64,000 nt of DNA from the human T2T-CHM13v2.0 reference genome, Homo sapiens: the NCBI RefSeq assembly GCF_009914755.1, contig NC_060932.1; one strand, 5' to 3'. The notes below the pieces were generated by a model. It did no database searches. It was not told the DNA's origin and saw only the letters and a list, made by a program, of their open reading frames with translations. Every line of letters starts with the position of its first letter. The stretch's first letter is position 1. Below, in pieces: positions 13,078-27,500 of the stretch. The translations under genes and the position numbers were made by a program.

Positions 13078-14335
13078 AAGAAAACATGAAACAAAAAACT
13101 AGAGAAATCGGAAGGTATCCCAACTATAACCTTTGGTTTATTAAAGAATTGATGAAAATAAAAACAACGTATCTCACAGCATGGGTGATAGTCTTTCCAT
13201 ACGTATGTGATAATGGATCAACATTTCATAGAGATGAAATAAAAAGTTCTAATTTTGACAAAAGCAAACAACGAAAATTATACCGTAGAAAAGTCAGGGG
13301 GAAGGAAGTGAGGCCCTGTCTTAAGAAGAAACATCGGAGACTTAAAAGCAGGGAGTGAAACAGAGGATAGCATACCATTTTTAATACTGGCCCTTGTTTC
13401 ACAGGGAAAACGCAAAAATCAGCCGTGTATCTCCTGGATTCTCGCATCGATTGTTCAGGATCTGAGATGTTCCCTCCATTTCCATTTATGCATTGTATGG
13501 TGGAATTGCAGTTAGCACATTTGGTGCAAAAATTGTAATGCTGACGAAAGTGGACATGTTCCCTGAAGTAAGAGGGACAGAATTTGGGTGTGTCTTCAGG
13601 CTCTCTGGCTTACCAGGAATGAAGATCCTGGCTCTAGGGATTTTCCCAACCTTTCTTAGACAGTAAGGAACAGGGCAGAATTGAGGCCCGGCGCCAAGGC
13701 CTCTAGTTTTAAAGAAACAGCCGTGGCCTCAGGGCCCATGAAATTAGGATGATTTTAAGGAGGATGATGGAATGAGAGGACTGTGACCTTTGGCCCCATT
13801 TCTTTCCCTTGTCTTTTCATGGGCCAGGTGTGCTCCATCAGAAGGCTTCCTGTGCCTGAAGTAAAGTGTCCTGGGGGAAGAAAGGACACTGCTTAGAAAG
13901 ATGCTCCACAGTGAGAAAGGAGCCACCATTTTCAGGAGAATGATCCCCAGAAGCATGAGCAATCCACATGCCGTGGCTTCACACAGGGTGTGGGAGAGTC
14001 TTATCTCTTTAACCGGGACCTAGGCATGGGTGTCCTTTAATGCTCATAACTGCTTTTGAGGTGAGCCGTATTGATATCCTGCCTGCGTGTCATGCTCATT
14101 GCACTGTAGTTGACACACATGTCACACAGAAACACTCTGAATAAGCACATTTTTGTTCTTGAGCAATCTTACACCCAAGATTCTGTGGTTCTGCGGAGCC
14201 CTGAGTTCTGTCCTGGACCTCTCTACTCTTGTGTAGGTCAACTTTGATCTTTGTACCTAATGAGAAATGGACTATGAAATCTAATCAGCAAACATACAAA
14301 AGTAACGGGCCATTGTCCACAATTGTGTCTCTCCG

Positions 14336-16200
14336 GTAGGTCATCTTTGATAACTGTACTTAACAAGAAATGCATATGTGACGATTCCAAATCAAAGAAT
14401 CTCATGGTTTTTCGCCATTTTATTTAATTCTGTTAACGTTTAAATAGAGTTTAAAACCCAAGATTTGGCATGAAATCTAATTGTCAAATACAAAAAAGGA
14501 AGGGTCGATTCTTCAAAATCTTTTCCACTGAAAGACCACCACTGATAAACAAGTATCGTTGCATTACAGGGATCCTGCTTCCAAGATGCAACTTTCACAG
14601 CTGGATGATTGACCCAGAATCTCCTCTAATGCCATTTTTTTACCCACAAAATGGATTTATTTTAGGGCTCTCTGATTTTATTTTAGTTGAATACACCCAC
14701 TCTTGTGTTTCAATTTCTTTCAAACGCCTTTAAATAATTAAGTATCTTGCTGCATCAGCCCTTATATAACTACTGTCCACCCACCGAGACCATTACATTT
14801 ATCCATCAATTACCCTGTTTACTAATGAAATATCAGGATTCAATTAATTTTTTTGTCTTAGGTTGTATCCTCTTGCATTCCTCAGAGAATTTAATGGACA
14901 CAGCTTACATTGTGATTATGGAAGATTTGAAGCAGATTTACTTGTCAGTATTATGGGCAAATATGATAGGAGTGGAACCGGGTTAGGATAGGGGCTAAAC
15001 ATTTGCCTTATTTCATGTAAAACAATGCTAGTTAACATTTGTGTACATAGTAAACAGTTTGTGTGTATGTGTGTATTTGTGTGTTTGTTTCTGGATGTGT
15101 CTGCATGCATTGAGAAGTACTTCCAAGCATGTGCATCTGTGACATAAGATTCAGCGACTAAATGACAAGAAGTTATAACTACACTTTCTGACTTGAGAAT
15201 TTGCAGCAATGGTATGTCATTAATACAGCATATACTTTGTCTTAATTAAGATGGAGAGATCAATGGAGTCAAATAGACATTCCAGAGATAACCTTCCCAT
15301 TTTTGGCCAGTTGATTCCATATCATGTTGTAATGATCTGGCATTGGGGACAAGACAAGTCTTTGCATGAAATGGTCTTGTGGAAGCAAGATATGCAAATA
15401 ATAAAGCATCAGATGGGACTATTCCCCTCAATAGTGAATGTAGAAACATTCACTTAAGTTTGATGAAATTCTCAATGCCCAAAATAGATTGCGAAACACT
15501 TTCAAGAAAACATGCTATAACCCGGAGACTAATTGATGACATCCACCGAAGTTATGACTGCAAGAAAAGAGAAATATTCATGGCATTTTTAATCCAAGGG
15601 TTTCTTGTATATGACAGCATTTTTTAAAAAGTCAAAATCAGAAAAGCTTCACAAATTGGAAGATATCTAAGCTAAAACCTTTTGTTTCTTAAAAGAACGA
15701 TAAAAATAATTGCAATGTAACACACGGCCTGTGTGATAATGTTTTAATACATATCTAAAAATGCCTTAAAATTCAATAGAAATAAAATAACAACTTCTAA
15801 AACTTGACAAAAGGAAACAACAAAAATTACACACTGGAAAAGCCTGGCTGACTGGAGTGACATCCTGTCTCAAGAAAGAACAGACAAACCCACAAACAAG
15901 CAAAGGATTCTAAAAGCAGGGAATCAAACAGATACTTGTACACCATTCTTCCTACTAGCACTCTTCATAGTAGGAAAAGTCAAAAACAACCCAAATGTGT
16001 GGTGAATTACTTCATCAGTTTTTTAGGATCTGAAATACTGCCTCAATTTTCAGTTACTCATTGTGGAGAGAACCTGCAGTTACCACATTTGTTCCAAAAT
16101 TTTATGGTGATGAAGGTAAACCTGTCCGGCATTCTCAGAGGGACAGAATTCTGGTGTTTGTCCAGGTTCCTTGGCTTACCAGGAATGAAGATCCGAACTG
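14336..16200. repeat. Old diverged RS447-like unit lacking the USP17 ORF
   Basis: 14470-14725 aligns to ~9229-9480, then jumps to the promoter string gcatcagcccttatataact (14752-14771) and follows ~7183-8585. Confidence 0.75.
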
Positions 16201-16217
16201 TACAGACTTTTTTCAAA

Positions 16218-16273
16218 AGTATGTACATATGTATGTATGTATGTATGCATGTATGTATGTATGTATGTATGTA
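16218..16273. repeat. (ATGT)n tetranucleotide repeat at the L1 tail
   Basis: gtatgtatgtatg array abutting the antisense L1 3' end. Confidence 0.9.
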
Positions 16274-18715
16274 TTTCCTCTTTTTAAATTTAAAAATTAC
16301 AGGATACATGTGCAGAATGAGCAGGTTTGTTATATAGGTATCCTTTGCTATGGTGGTTCGTTGCACCTATTGACTTATCCTGTAAGTTTCCTTCCCTCAC
16401 CCCCAGCCCCCAACGGGCCGTGTTGTGTGTTGTTCCTCTCACTGTGTCCTTGTTTCCTGAATGTTCAACTTTCACTTATTAGTGAGAACATGCCGTATTT
16501 GTTTTTTTTTTGTTTTTGTTCCTGTGTTAGTTTGCTCAGTATGATGGCTTCTAGCTTTATCCATGTGCCTGCAAAAGACATAATCTCATTCCTTTTTATG
16601 ACTGCATAGTATATTTTGGTGTATATGGACCACATTTTCTTTATCCAGTCTAGCACTGAAGGGCATTTGGGTTGGTTTCATGTCTTTCCTATTGTATATA
16701 GTGCTGCAATAAACATACATGTGCATGTGTCTTTATAGTGGAATGATTTATATTCCTTTGGGTACATAGCCAGTAATGGGATTGCTGGGTCAAATGGTAT
16801 TTCTGGTTCTAGATCCTTGAGGAATCGACATACTGTCTTCCACAATGGTTGAACTAATTTACAATTTCACCATCAGTGTAAAAGCCTTCCTCTTTCTTCT
16901 CAGCCTCACCAGCATCTATTGTTTCTTAATTTTTTAATAATCACCATTCTGACGGGTGTGAGATGGTATCTCACTGTAATTTTGATTTTCATTTCTCTGA
17001 TGATCAGTGTTGTTGAGCTTTTCAAAAATATATTTGTTGGTTGCATAAATGTCTTCTTTTGATAAGTTTCTGTTCATATCTTTTGCTCACGTTTGATGGG
17101 GTTGTTTGTTTTTTTGCTTGTAAATATGTTTAAGTTCCTTGTCAACTTTGGTTATTAGACCTTTGTCAGATGGGCAGATTGCAACAATTTTCTCCCATTC
17201 TGTAGTTTGCTTTTTCATGCTGATGATAGTTTCTTTGCTGTGCAGAAGGTCTTTAGTTTAATTAGATCCAATTTGTCAATTTTGGCTTTTGTTGCAATTG
17301 CTTTTGGCATTTTTGTCATGAAGCCTTTGCCCATGCCTATGTCCTGAATGGTATTGCTTAAGTTTTCTTCTAGGGTTTTTATGGTTTTGGATTTCACATT
17401 TAAGTCTTTAATCCATCTTGAGTTAATTTTTGTATAAGGTGTAAGGAAGGGGTCCAGTTTTGGTTTTCTGCCTATGGCAAGCCAGTTTTCCCAGCAGCAT
17501 TTACTGAATAGGAGATCCTTTCTCCCTTGCCTGTTTTTGTCAGGTTTGTCAAATATCAGATGGTCGTAGATGTGTGGGGTTATTTCTGAGGTCTTTGTTC
17601 TGCTCCATTGGTCTATATGTCTGTTTTGGCAGCAGTAGCATGCTGTTTTGGTTACTGTGGCCTTCTAGTATAGTTTGAAGTTAGGTAGCGTAATGCCTCC
17701 AGCTTTGTTATTTTTGCTTACAGTTGTCTTGGCTATACGGGGTATTCTTTGATTTCATATGAAATTTAAAATAGTTCTTTCTAATTATGTGAAAAATGTC
17801 AATGGTAGCTTCATGGGTATAGCATTGAATCTATAAATTAGTTTGGGCAGTATGGCCATTTTCACAATATTGATTCTCCCTATTCATGTGGATGGAATGT
17901 TTTTCCATTCGTTTGTGTCCTCTCTCATTTCCTTGAGCAGTGGTTTGCATATGTCCTTGAAGAGGTCCTTCACATCCCTTGTACTCCTAGCTGTATTCCT
18001 AGGTATTTTATTCTCTTTGTAGCAATTGTGAATGGGAGTTCATTCTTGATTTGGCTCTCTGCTTGACTATTGTTGATGTAAAGGAATGCTTGTGATTTTT
18101 GCACAATGATTTAATATCTTGAGTCCTTGGTGAAGTTGCTTATCAGTTCAAGAAGTTTTTGAATTGAGATGATGGGGTTTTCTAAATATAAAGTCATGTC
18201 ATCTGCAAACAGAGACAACTTCACTTTCTCTCTTCCTATTTGAATACCCTTTATTTCTTTCTCTTGCCTGATAGCCCTGGTGAGAACTTCCAATACTATG
18301 TTGAATAGAAGTGGTTACAGAGGGCATCCTTGTCTTGTACCAGTTTTCAAAGGGAATGCTTCCAGCTTTTGCCTATTAAATATGATGTTGGCTGTGGGTT
18401 TGTTATAAATAACTCTTATTATTTTGCAATATGTTCCATCAGTACCTAGTTTACTGAGAGTTTTTAACATGAAGGGATGGTGAATTTTATCAAAGGCATT
18501 TTTGCATCTATTGAAATAATTGTCTGGTTTTTGTCTTTGGTTCTGTTTATGTGATCAATTACATTTATTCGTTTGTGTATGTTGAACCAGCGTTTCATCC
18601 CAAAGATGCAGCCGACTTGATTGTGGTGGATAAGCTTTTTGATGTGCTGCTGGATTCTGTTTGCTAGTATTATATTAGGAATTTTTGCATTGATGTTGTC
18701 AGGGATATTGGCCTG
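16274..18715 (-). mobile_element. 5'-truncated L1PA (3' UTR plus ORF2 3' part)
   Basis: Antisense L1PA 3' UTR. ORF2 fragments ([34 protein letters not shown]). Confidence 0.95.
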
Positions 18716-19275
18716 GATTGAGCAGGTATGTGTGTGTGTATGTTTCTACCTTGGTTTGCCAGTAGGTTGATGTGTGAGTGTGTGTGACTTTGTGTGTGTG
18801 TGTTTGTGTGTGTGTGTGAATATGCGATAGAGAGCCAGACTAGAGCAGAGGAGGTTCCCTGGCCTGCCATGACATTAAATGTTCTGAATTCAAGATACCA
18901 AGGGAGGCATGAGACCCACAGTTGAAACTTCATGATGTGGCCAGGTTTCAGGGGTTTCTGGGAGCTGCCAGTGGGCATGTCTCAGGCTTGCTCCCACTGA
19001 CAATCCATGTCTTCTCCCTAAATGGGAAATGGCACTGTATGGAGAACAGGCAACAGAGAGCATGATATAAGGGTTCTTCCTCATACTCACTAGGAAAGAA
19101 AACAGATTTCATCATCTCTCACTCCATTCCCTTTGTAAATCTATAGACACAGGGGTCAGTTACCTTAAATATTAGCAGAGCTAAAGTCCTCAGACCAAAT
19201 TAGATGTCCTATCTTCTCATGTGGATCAGATCCTAAAAAAAAACTGCTTCCTGTGGTCATTATCTTTTATCACAG

Positions 19276-19869
19276 GCCATTTTCAATCCAGAGGAAGACC
19301 TTCTAAAAGAGGTGATGGATGGGAGAGTGCTGACATACTATGTGAAGCTACTATTTGGAGTTGGACACGAGTGCATGTGACCTTGTGCCACAGCGGGAAT
19401 GTGAGCTGGGTGACAAATGGAGATTTGGACTTGTGATAATTGGCCTCTGTGTCATTGTGTGGAAGACTGACTGGTCCCTTTATTTCCCGTAGCTTGACTA
19501 CCACACAAATGAATCCATTCAAATGTTGGCAAGTGGAGCAGAGTCCCAGGACAGGTAAAGCACTTTCCCTGCTTTTTCTTAAGATCAATCCCCATGCCTA
19601 GAAATTAAAGTCACATCCCACATGATCATTAAAGTAGAGAGTGCATTCTACAGGATGAGTGAAAAGGCATTTATGATTCTTGGGGGCAGATGTTCTACAG
19701 TTGCCTGTGCTAGTTCATGTCTTTCTGCAGATCACATTCTTAACCTCTAGAGAGTCTGGTAGGACCAGAGCCTTACCTTTCCCAGTCTGCAATCTCTACA
19801 GGTACAGAAACACCCCCAGTTCAAGAATCTTCACATCTGAATTTAGTCCTACACCTGCAACTACCCCAG
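19276..19869 (+). ncRNA. Two candidate spliced non-coding exons (19276-19554, 19731-19869), possibly FAM66-family lncRNA
   Basis: Acceptors cttttatcacag and ctttctgcag; donors cag|gtaaag and cag|gtaagt; no long ORF. The FAM66 assignment rests only on known synteny. Confidence 0.3.
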
Positions 19870-21849
19870 GTAAGTTTCCTTGTTCTTCAATGGCAAAGTT
19901 TGGACAATGCTGTTCAAACTCCAGGCAACAAGCAACATCTAGGGAATGTGCTTTTAGGTAGGGTCAGCATAATATCCCACCCTGGAAGACATTTTTATTT
20001 TAAAGTTGTAGAGGGTGATGCTGCTGGCGGCTCCCTCCCAATTAGCACCATTTGCAGCCTCTTTTGAAGACAGAGAACTGAGGGCTGTCCTTCAAATGGA
20101 GCAGTGTGATTCCAAAAAAAAGAGATGCTCCTTGTGGTCCTGGGACCAGGGATAGGACTCCAGCTGAGCCTGGTGGAAGAGGTCCACGTCCTAGCCCAAC
20201 GGAGAGCCATGCAGCTGAGCTTGGGCGATGTGGTCCACGTGGTTGTTTCTGAGTGTGTCCTGAGGTTGCTGGATGGCTTGCAGTTCCCTATGCAGATCCA
20301 ATGCTTCTTTTGCTTTTTTGGTTCTGCAACCTGGAATTTATATGTTCAAGATGGAGCCATCTCAGCCATGACAACAGAGAATGTACCACTCTCACATGAG
20401 GAAGAGGGGTAGGAAGTGCTCCTGTATCACCAGCCCTTAATGAGACCCTGAGGAAACCACATCATGGAGATCAGCCCTTCTCTCCTGTAAGGAACTCATC
20501 CTATGAAAGAGCAATTAGTGCCTGCAAGAGCTGTCTCTGGGACAGCTGTTCATGTCTATATCTGCAGGGTAACCCTCATAGTCATATGCAGTCATATCCA
20601 TAGTCATATCGGGAGTCAGACTCCAGTTTGACTGAGTGAATGGAGAAACTAAACATTTATTACTGAATAATAACATTAATAAACCATCTTAATGATAGTA
20701 ATAATAAACATATTGATGAGTATTAACAGGAATGATGATTATTATGATACTAATATCCATAATTAATAATTTTAATATTGATAATAATACTAACCCTGTG
20801 GACTTGGGACCTAGAGAGCAGTTTCCCCTGACAATTATCCCATATTTGGCCACATGGGGTAATATTGAGTTCCAGAAGGCAAAGATTAACATTCAGAAAA
20901 ATAGGAAAAACAACCTGCAGGTAGGCATGTGCACACATGGGGACTCTATGGATAAATACTAAAGTGACTCTTGTTCTGGATCTCCATGCTAACAAACATG
21001 CACCAGCTTTCAGGAGGTAGGACAGCTGGCTGATGGGGCAAGGCTTCTTGAGGACATGGCAGGAGTCAGAAATCACACATGCTGCCCAGCAGCAGAGCTC
21101 ATGACAAGCAGTAAACCCCAGTGAAAGGACCTGGCTGCCCTTCTGCCATCTGCTCTCCCATGGCCTCTGTTGACTGGTACATCTAGGCACTGGAATAACC
21201 TTCACTGGCTATAGGAAGGCATAATCCTCAGTATTCTCCCACCTGCAAGAAAGACAAAAATTAATTGAATACCATGGCTTCTGGGTATCCTTAGTGGGCT
21301 TAGTGTATTTTGCATTTGTTTTAACAGGCCAGTTATCCAGGCAGTGACTTTCAGTACAGCTACAGTCACCTCTGGACACCTGTGGAGACTTTAAAAATTT
21401 CCAGAAGTTCAGGAATTTTTGGACACCTTTCTCATGGCTATGTTGCCTGCAAAGGTGAATCAATAAGCTTCTGAACTGACTTAGAAAATGTTGCAGAGAC
21501 TCTTGTGAGCAGATAGACCCTCTCCTGCCACTCCAGATAGACATATCTGGGTCACACACACCTGATTTAACAACATCTCGTTATCTCAGGTGGGCAACAG
21601 ACAGCAATTTAGGACCTATCCCAGTGTGGATGAGAGATATTGAGTTGGCTTAGAAACATGTTAGATAGAATAGATGTGGCAAGAAAGCCCATTCTGGGGC
21701 TCAAAAGCCTGCACATAGAGTTGCTGGCACATAAATGGTATGTATAAATTCTTTCTCAGCCCATGAGATCAGGATGTACTTCATCAGTATACCATGCTGG
21801 TATGAAGAGATTCTTGCCTCCAAAGGGACTCAGAATATTTCAGGGAACC

Positions 21850-22427
21850 TGTATTAGTCCATTTTTACACTGTTGTAAAGACACTACCCCACACTGGGTA
21901 ATTTACAAAGAGAAGGTGTTTAATTACTTTACAGTTCTGCATCGCTGGGGAGGCCTCAGGAAACTTACAGTCATGGTGGAAGGCAAGACAGAAGCAGGCA
22001 CCTTTTTTCACAAGGTGTCAGGGAGAGAAGTGAGTGCACAGAAAAAAAAAACAAAAATCACCTACTCTTAAAACCATCAGATCTCCTAAGAATTCACTCA
22101 CTATCATGAGGATAACATGAAGTAAACTTCTTCGACACATGGCGATTACAGGTCCCTCTGTCGATGTGTGGGGATAATAATTTGAGATGAGGTTTGGGTG
22201 GGGACACAGAGCCAAACCATATTATTCTGCTCCTGGCACCTCCCAAATCTCATGTCTTTTATATATATTTCAAAGCCAATCATGCTTTTCCAACAGTCCC
22301 CCAAAGTCTTAACTGATTCCAGCATAACTCAAAACTCCAAGTCCAAAGTCTTATTTGAGACAAGTCCCTTCTGCCTATCAGCCTATAAAATTAAAAAAAA
22401 AAAGTTAGTTACATCCACAATGGGGGC
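21850..22427 (-). mobile_element. THE1/MST (ERVL-MaLR) LTR plus adjoining internal fragment
   Basis: tgtattagtccattt...ggggacacagagccaaaccatat is the LTR (21850-22222); internal-type sequence (cccaaatctcatgtc...agtcccccaaagtcttaact) follows. Confidence 0.85.
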
Positions 22428-22429
22428 CT

Positions 22430-24520
22430 CATGACCCTGACCAGTGCCCTATCCTACTGTGGCTCAACTGATATCCAAGATGCAAGACAAAGTCCTTTTT
22501 ACTCTTTCCTCTAATCTCCTCTAGCAGAAGGAAGCGGTCTTTTTTGGAGCTGCAAGCTGTGCTGCCTGGGGTTGGGGGAGTGGTAATGCAAGTACTCCTT
22601 TAGCTGTCCTGGCTGGTGTCTCAGTAGGTTTTATGGCCACTCACCTCAGTACACTGGCTCTGAGTACAGTACTATTGTGTCTGCAGTAGTGTATGAGATG
22701 GAAAATAAGTCTCCATTCTCCAAGACTCTTCTTGAGCATCAAGGCTGCCTGATTGTTGAGCTATAGCTACAGACTTTCCTCGCTGAGCCCAGCATGCACA
22801 TGTTCCTCTGCTGGAAAAAAAAGCAGAAACAAACAAACCACCAAACAACTTCCCACAAGTGGAATGTTCTGGGACTCAAGGTCATCTAGATTATTTTGTC
22901 CCCAGGGTGCTCCCTTGATGTGGTGTGCTTCCTCTTTCCTCAGAGTAGGAGTCACTGAAATTCAGATTACTGCATATGCTGCTGCTGCTTCTCTGGGTCT
23001 GGCTACCCAGTGGGGCTGCCGCACACCATGCTGGTGCTCAAGAATGTCTGCAATGGATCCAGTGATATAATCTGTCCTCAAGGCTCACAGCAGTGTGTAT
23101 CGGCAGCTGATCAGATGGGGATGGCAGGGGAATGATGTAGACTCTGAAAGATTCCTTGGTTATAAATAGTCCTAGTGTGTTGTGTATTGGATTTCTCAAA
23201 TGCCAGTTGTAGTAGTAATGAACTCATCACATGGACAGACTCATGGCCTCCTGCTTAGCCAGAATGATGCAAGCAATGGTAACAGTTGTGGTCACTCACA
23301 ACTTTTCTCCTTCCTGGGTGCTATGTTATTCTACCTGCAGATGCTGTAAAGGACTGTCAGTAGGCCTTCAGCCAGGAGGTGGTGCTTCCAAAAGACTGCC
23401 AGCTGTGGTGGTAGTGGTGAGATTTGGACTTGCCTTATGTTACCCATGGGAGGCACTCTGGTGTCTCAGGAAATAGGTGGAGCCATAGAGCTTCTAAAAG
23501 TTTCTTCTGTTATTTGTGTTAATCTACCAGGGTAGGTGGTTGAGCAAAGCCAGGTGGGAACTAGGTCAGGTAAGGTGATGCTCTGGCTGTCTATGTGTGG
23601 GACAAGCAGTGGCTCCAGTGGGAATTGGAAGGCAGTTCTTGGGCCACTGGAGTAATTTTCCAGAGAGAAGTGAAGCTGTCTCTGCCTCTGTACAAGGAGA
23701 GTCCATGTGAAGAATGGGGAGTAGCAGCTTGGTAGTAAGCCCCATCCAGCTCCCACACACTTGGCAAGGCAGGTCTCACACCCACAGTGTTCCACTGGGA
23801 GTAGCTAGCTAAGTTTCAAGAAGTCTGAGCTCAGAACTCAAAACTGACCCATACCATAATTCTCCCCTATGGAGACAGCAACTGCAACCTTCAGGCCACA
23901 CCCTTCCTGATCCACCTGCAGAGCAGGGGCCCCCAGCTCCTGTGCTTGCTGCTGCAGCACACTTCCCACTCACCTCTCAGTTCTGGCCTGGAGAGTTTGT
24001 CCCCTGTCAAGATTATATCACACATTTCAGTTGGGAGGTTGTCTCAACCTGTGACCACCATCTGAGTTAGCTGGCAGACTTCTAGGAGGTCCTGTCTGAG
24101 GTAGAATCAGAAATGGCTTCCCTCCATTCTACCAGAAACTGGGAATGTGCTGGAGATTCAAAGCACATCCCAATGCCACTCCTCATATACTCACCACTCT
24201 TCCCTAAATCAGCCCCAGCGCTGAGTAGGGTTAAGGCCTTCCCTCACGGCCTGGATTGATAGGTTTCCCAGTGGAAGTGTATATCTTAGAGTCAGTTTAC
24301 CCTCCTGTCACACCCTGGAAACTTACAATTTTCTGCCTAGCTTATGGTGTAAGCTGCATCCTGCTGTTTCTTTCAAATGGTCTGTGGCTTATTTCAATTT
24401 TCCTGTTAAATTCCTGTGTAGCTTCTTGAAAGAAAGTTCACAGTGTGAGTTTCTACACACCATTTTCTCTTTCCAAGTGCAAGAGGCAGACTAACAATGC
24501 CTTCAATCCACTATCTTGGA
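22430..24520 (-). mobile_element. Old L1 (L1PB/L1M-type) 5' region
   Basis: Antisense motif gccctatcctactgtggct...ccaagatgcaagacaaagtcc and terminal ccactatcttg; subfamily uncertain. Confidence 0.55.
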
Positions 24521-27500
24521 AAACAGAAGTAACAGTTTTCTCATTTTTAAAAGTTTTGTTAAGATCTGTTAATGACTCACAAAGAAATAGTACTTGGGTA
24601 TATTTGAAATTAGTATTTATTCATTTATGTTGATAAGTGAAAATGCAAGACAGTTATCAAGATGGAAGTACTTAATATGTATATTTTAATATTCTTAGAT
24701 GCAAATAACTTCACTTTTGATGTATTTTTATTTTGTCTCAGTTTCATTTCAACTTAGGTTTAAGGGGTTCTTGATAATCTGACATGATAAGTGGTGTTGG
24801 AATTGGCATTAAAATCCACCATGCTCTACAGCACTTCATCCTTCTTCGGCAGGCACCAATTTGATCTTCTACTACTTTGCAGACATCTCTTCTGCAAACA
24901 CCAGACAAATTGAGACAATGACCTTCCGCAGGACCCAAACCACCTCTTACTGCAGGAAAGAAGATCCAGTGAGATAGTTAGTCCACAAATGGAATGTAAA
25001 TCCATAAACACTCTTAAGTAACAGAATAAATTTAGTATGAGCATTTTTATGTGGGAGCTCTTGAAATGGTTGCTGCTCATATGTCAGAGACACATGCAGT
25101 TTAAGAAAGGTAGCAGTTCCAATCCTGGTTTGGCCCAACAGTCACTGCATTTTTGGTGGGGAAAAGGGATGTGGGAGGAGATGGTACCTCTTCATCTTTT
25201 TCTCTGGGTTTTCTGTCAGAAAGGGATGTTGCTTACTCCAGTGGCAAAAAATGCCAGTGTCTTCTGCCAGAGTGGGTTACTGAGGGCCTTGGTGGTTCCA
25301 CCTTGTGGCTGATACAGATAGTCCCTTTCTGTTTTTGTTTCTAGCCAAAAAAGATGTTTCTGGCATCTCAGGTATGCTGATTTCAGCAGCTGTTTTTTCT
25401 ATATGGCTAGTTTTTTTTCTTTCACTCTCTCTTTCTCTCTTTTTTTTTTTTTTTTTTTTTTTGTCTTCACTGTGTTGTCATAGTTTCTTAAATGGTCCCT
25501 TGAACCCTGCCAGGGCTAGTTTGGTTTGTACATAACTATCTATATATTTTTTTCTTGCGGGGAGGGTGTAGAGCTAAAGGCTGGTATATCCTGCTCCTGC
25601 TCCCCAAAAGTGATGTTATTCCCCCAAGCTAATATTTCAGGCTTTCAATTTATTCATGCTTTCATCTGTTTAAACATAAGTAGAAATTACTTTTTCTCTC
25701 CACATTTAGATTTGATCTATCTACTTTAATTGCTAGTAGTGTCTTAGGCATAGAATAGATTAGTTAGAAAAAAGTGTTTTTGACATTATAAATGATTCTT
25801 TCAATTTGTGTCTAAAAGTGGAAAATACTAGAAAGCTTAACATTTATTATTGTATTCAGACCAGTATTTCCTCCAGATGACCTTTATTACAACAAAGATA
25901 ATTTAAGGAAGATCTCTCTAATGGCAAAGCTGAGGGCTTTGTGTTATTACAATATCCTTCAAATAAAGTGACGGTCTGGTGGAAATAACAAGTAAAGCAA
26001 GGATTAGGAAGAAAACAGTTAATACCTTCATTTTGGTCTCACTCTGCATTAAGAGTTTTCATTGTGTTAAGGATTTATTATACATTAAGTAATTTAATGT
26101 TCATTTAATAATAAATGGATCCTATTAAATATGATTTTTAAAATTATAATCACATTACTTTTATTCACATCTGTCCACTGATGCCATTCCTAGATGAGAA
26201 TGGTATCACATTATTTTATTTTTTTTCATTTTGCTACCTCTTTACTTACTTAGGATTATGCTGTATCAAACAATGTATGTGTGGGAGTAATGGATGATTC
26301 AGGAATGTATGAGGAGGAGGTTTAAGCTCCTTAACCTTGAACAATTAAAATTAGCAACATAATATTGAAATACATACAGAACACTCAAGTGGTACTTTCA
26401 AAATAGTGTATATTTCCTCTGTTTATTTGTAGCTTTTAAACCCAGCTAGAAGCATTCTATTTCCTTTAGGTACCATAGGTCTGAAAGTCTGTAGTGAAAA
26501 CTACAAGTAGTAAATGATGCTAATTCATGTGCTTCCGCCTGTGGAAGAATTGAATGTCTTAGATAAAAAAAGATGGTGCAATTGGTGTACAAAGTATCTA
26601 GAATACAATTTGGTGGTGGTTTTTTCTGTTTCCATAGTAGAGTAACATATATAATATTCCCCTTTCATCAAGTTATTTAAATATGCCTTTGAATGGGGAG
26701 AATTGAAAATAATACTGTGAATCCTGGTAAACATTTTAAATTAATGAGAAGAATATTGCCTTTACAAAGTCAAAATTTGTCTGAATACAACGCACATAGC
26801 AATTTCATAGCAAAACACTTCCTTCAATCCTATTAAAATCAGAAGGAAAAGAAGAATACCCACTGTCAATGTTGTATTAATATAGTTCTAAAAGTTCTGG
26901 ACAATGAAATATGTTGTAAGAAGAGAAGTCAGGGGAGACTTGAGCCCATTGTTTTTCCTCTCCTTCCATACCTCCCAAAATACCACTGGAATGTTGTAAC
27001 ATTTTGAAGAATCTATAGCAGTGTCCCAAATCATAGAATAGTATGAATACATCTGAATCTGAGATATCTCCAAAAGATACAAAATATCTGTGATTAGAAT
27101 GAAAGAAAGATTTAGGCTTTTGGCCATGATTGCAAGTTAGCTGTTCTTAAATGACTGCTGCTATCGAACAAATACATTTTAGAGGATCTCTTTGAAACAT
27201 TTCTATCCTTGAAAATGGTTAGGGAAGTTCTTAAAATATCTCCTCTTTCAAATACAAAAAATAGTCTGTGAACTGGAGCTTGAGCACTGGGTACTTTGTA
27301 TTGGCTAGCTGATGGAGGTGGGTGAGGGTTTCCCAGATCTTCTAGGATGATCTGCTATTATCAGTAATGCTAATGGTGGTACTACTGACTCTTGGGCCAT
27401 CAGAAATTCCAGTTCGTTAATCCTGGAACTTCCATATTGAGATAAAGCTTTGAGTCAGTTTCACAGAGGAAGTTTGGATAATAGCATTCTCATTTCAGAC

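Noticed and set aside
20290-20335. Homeodomain helix-3 remnant (QNQKSKR) on the minus strand
   Set aside because: The invariant WF is missing and no upstream homeobox exon is visible
20650-20790. AT-rich (TAA)n-like tract as a regulatory element
   Set aside because: Ordinary low-complexity sequence
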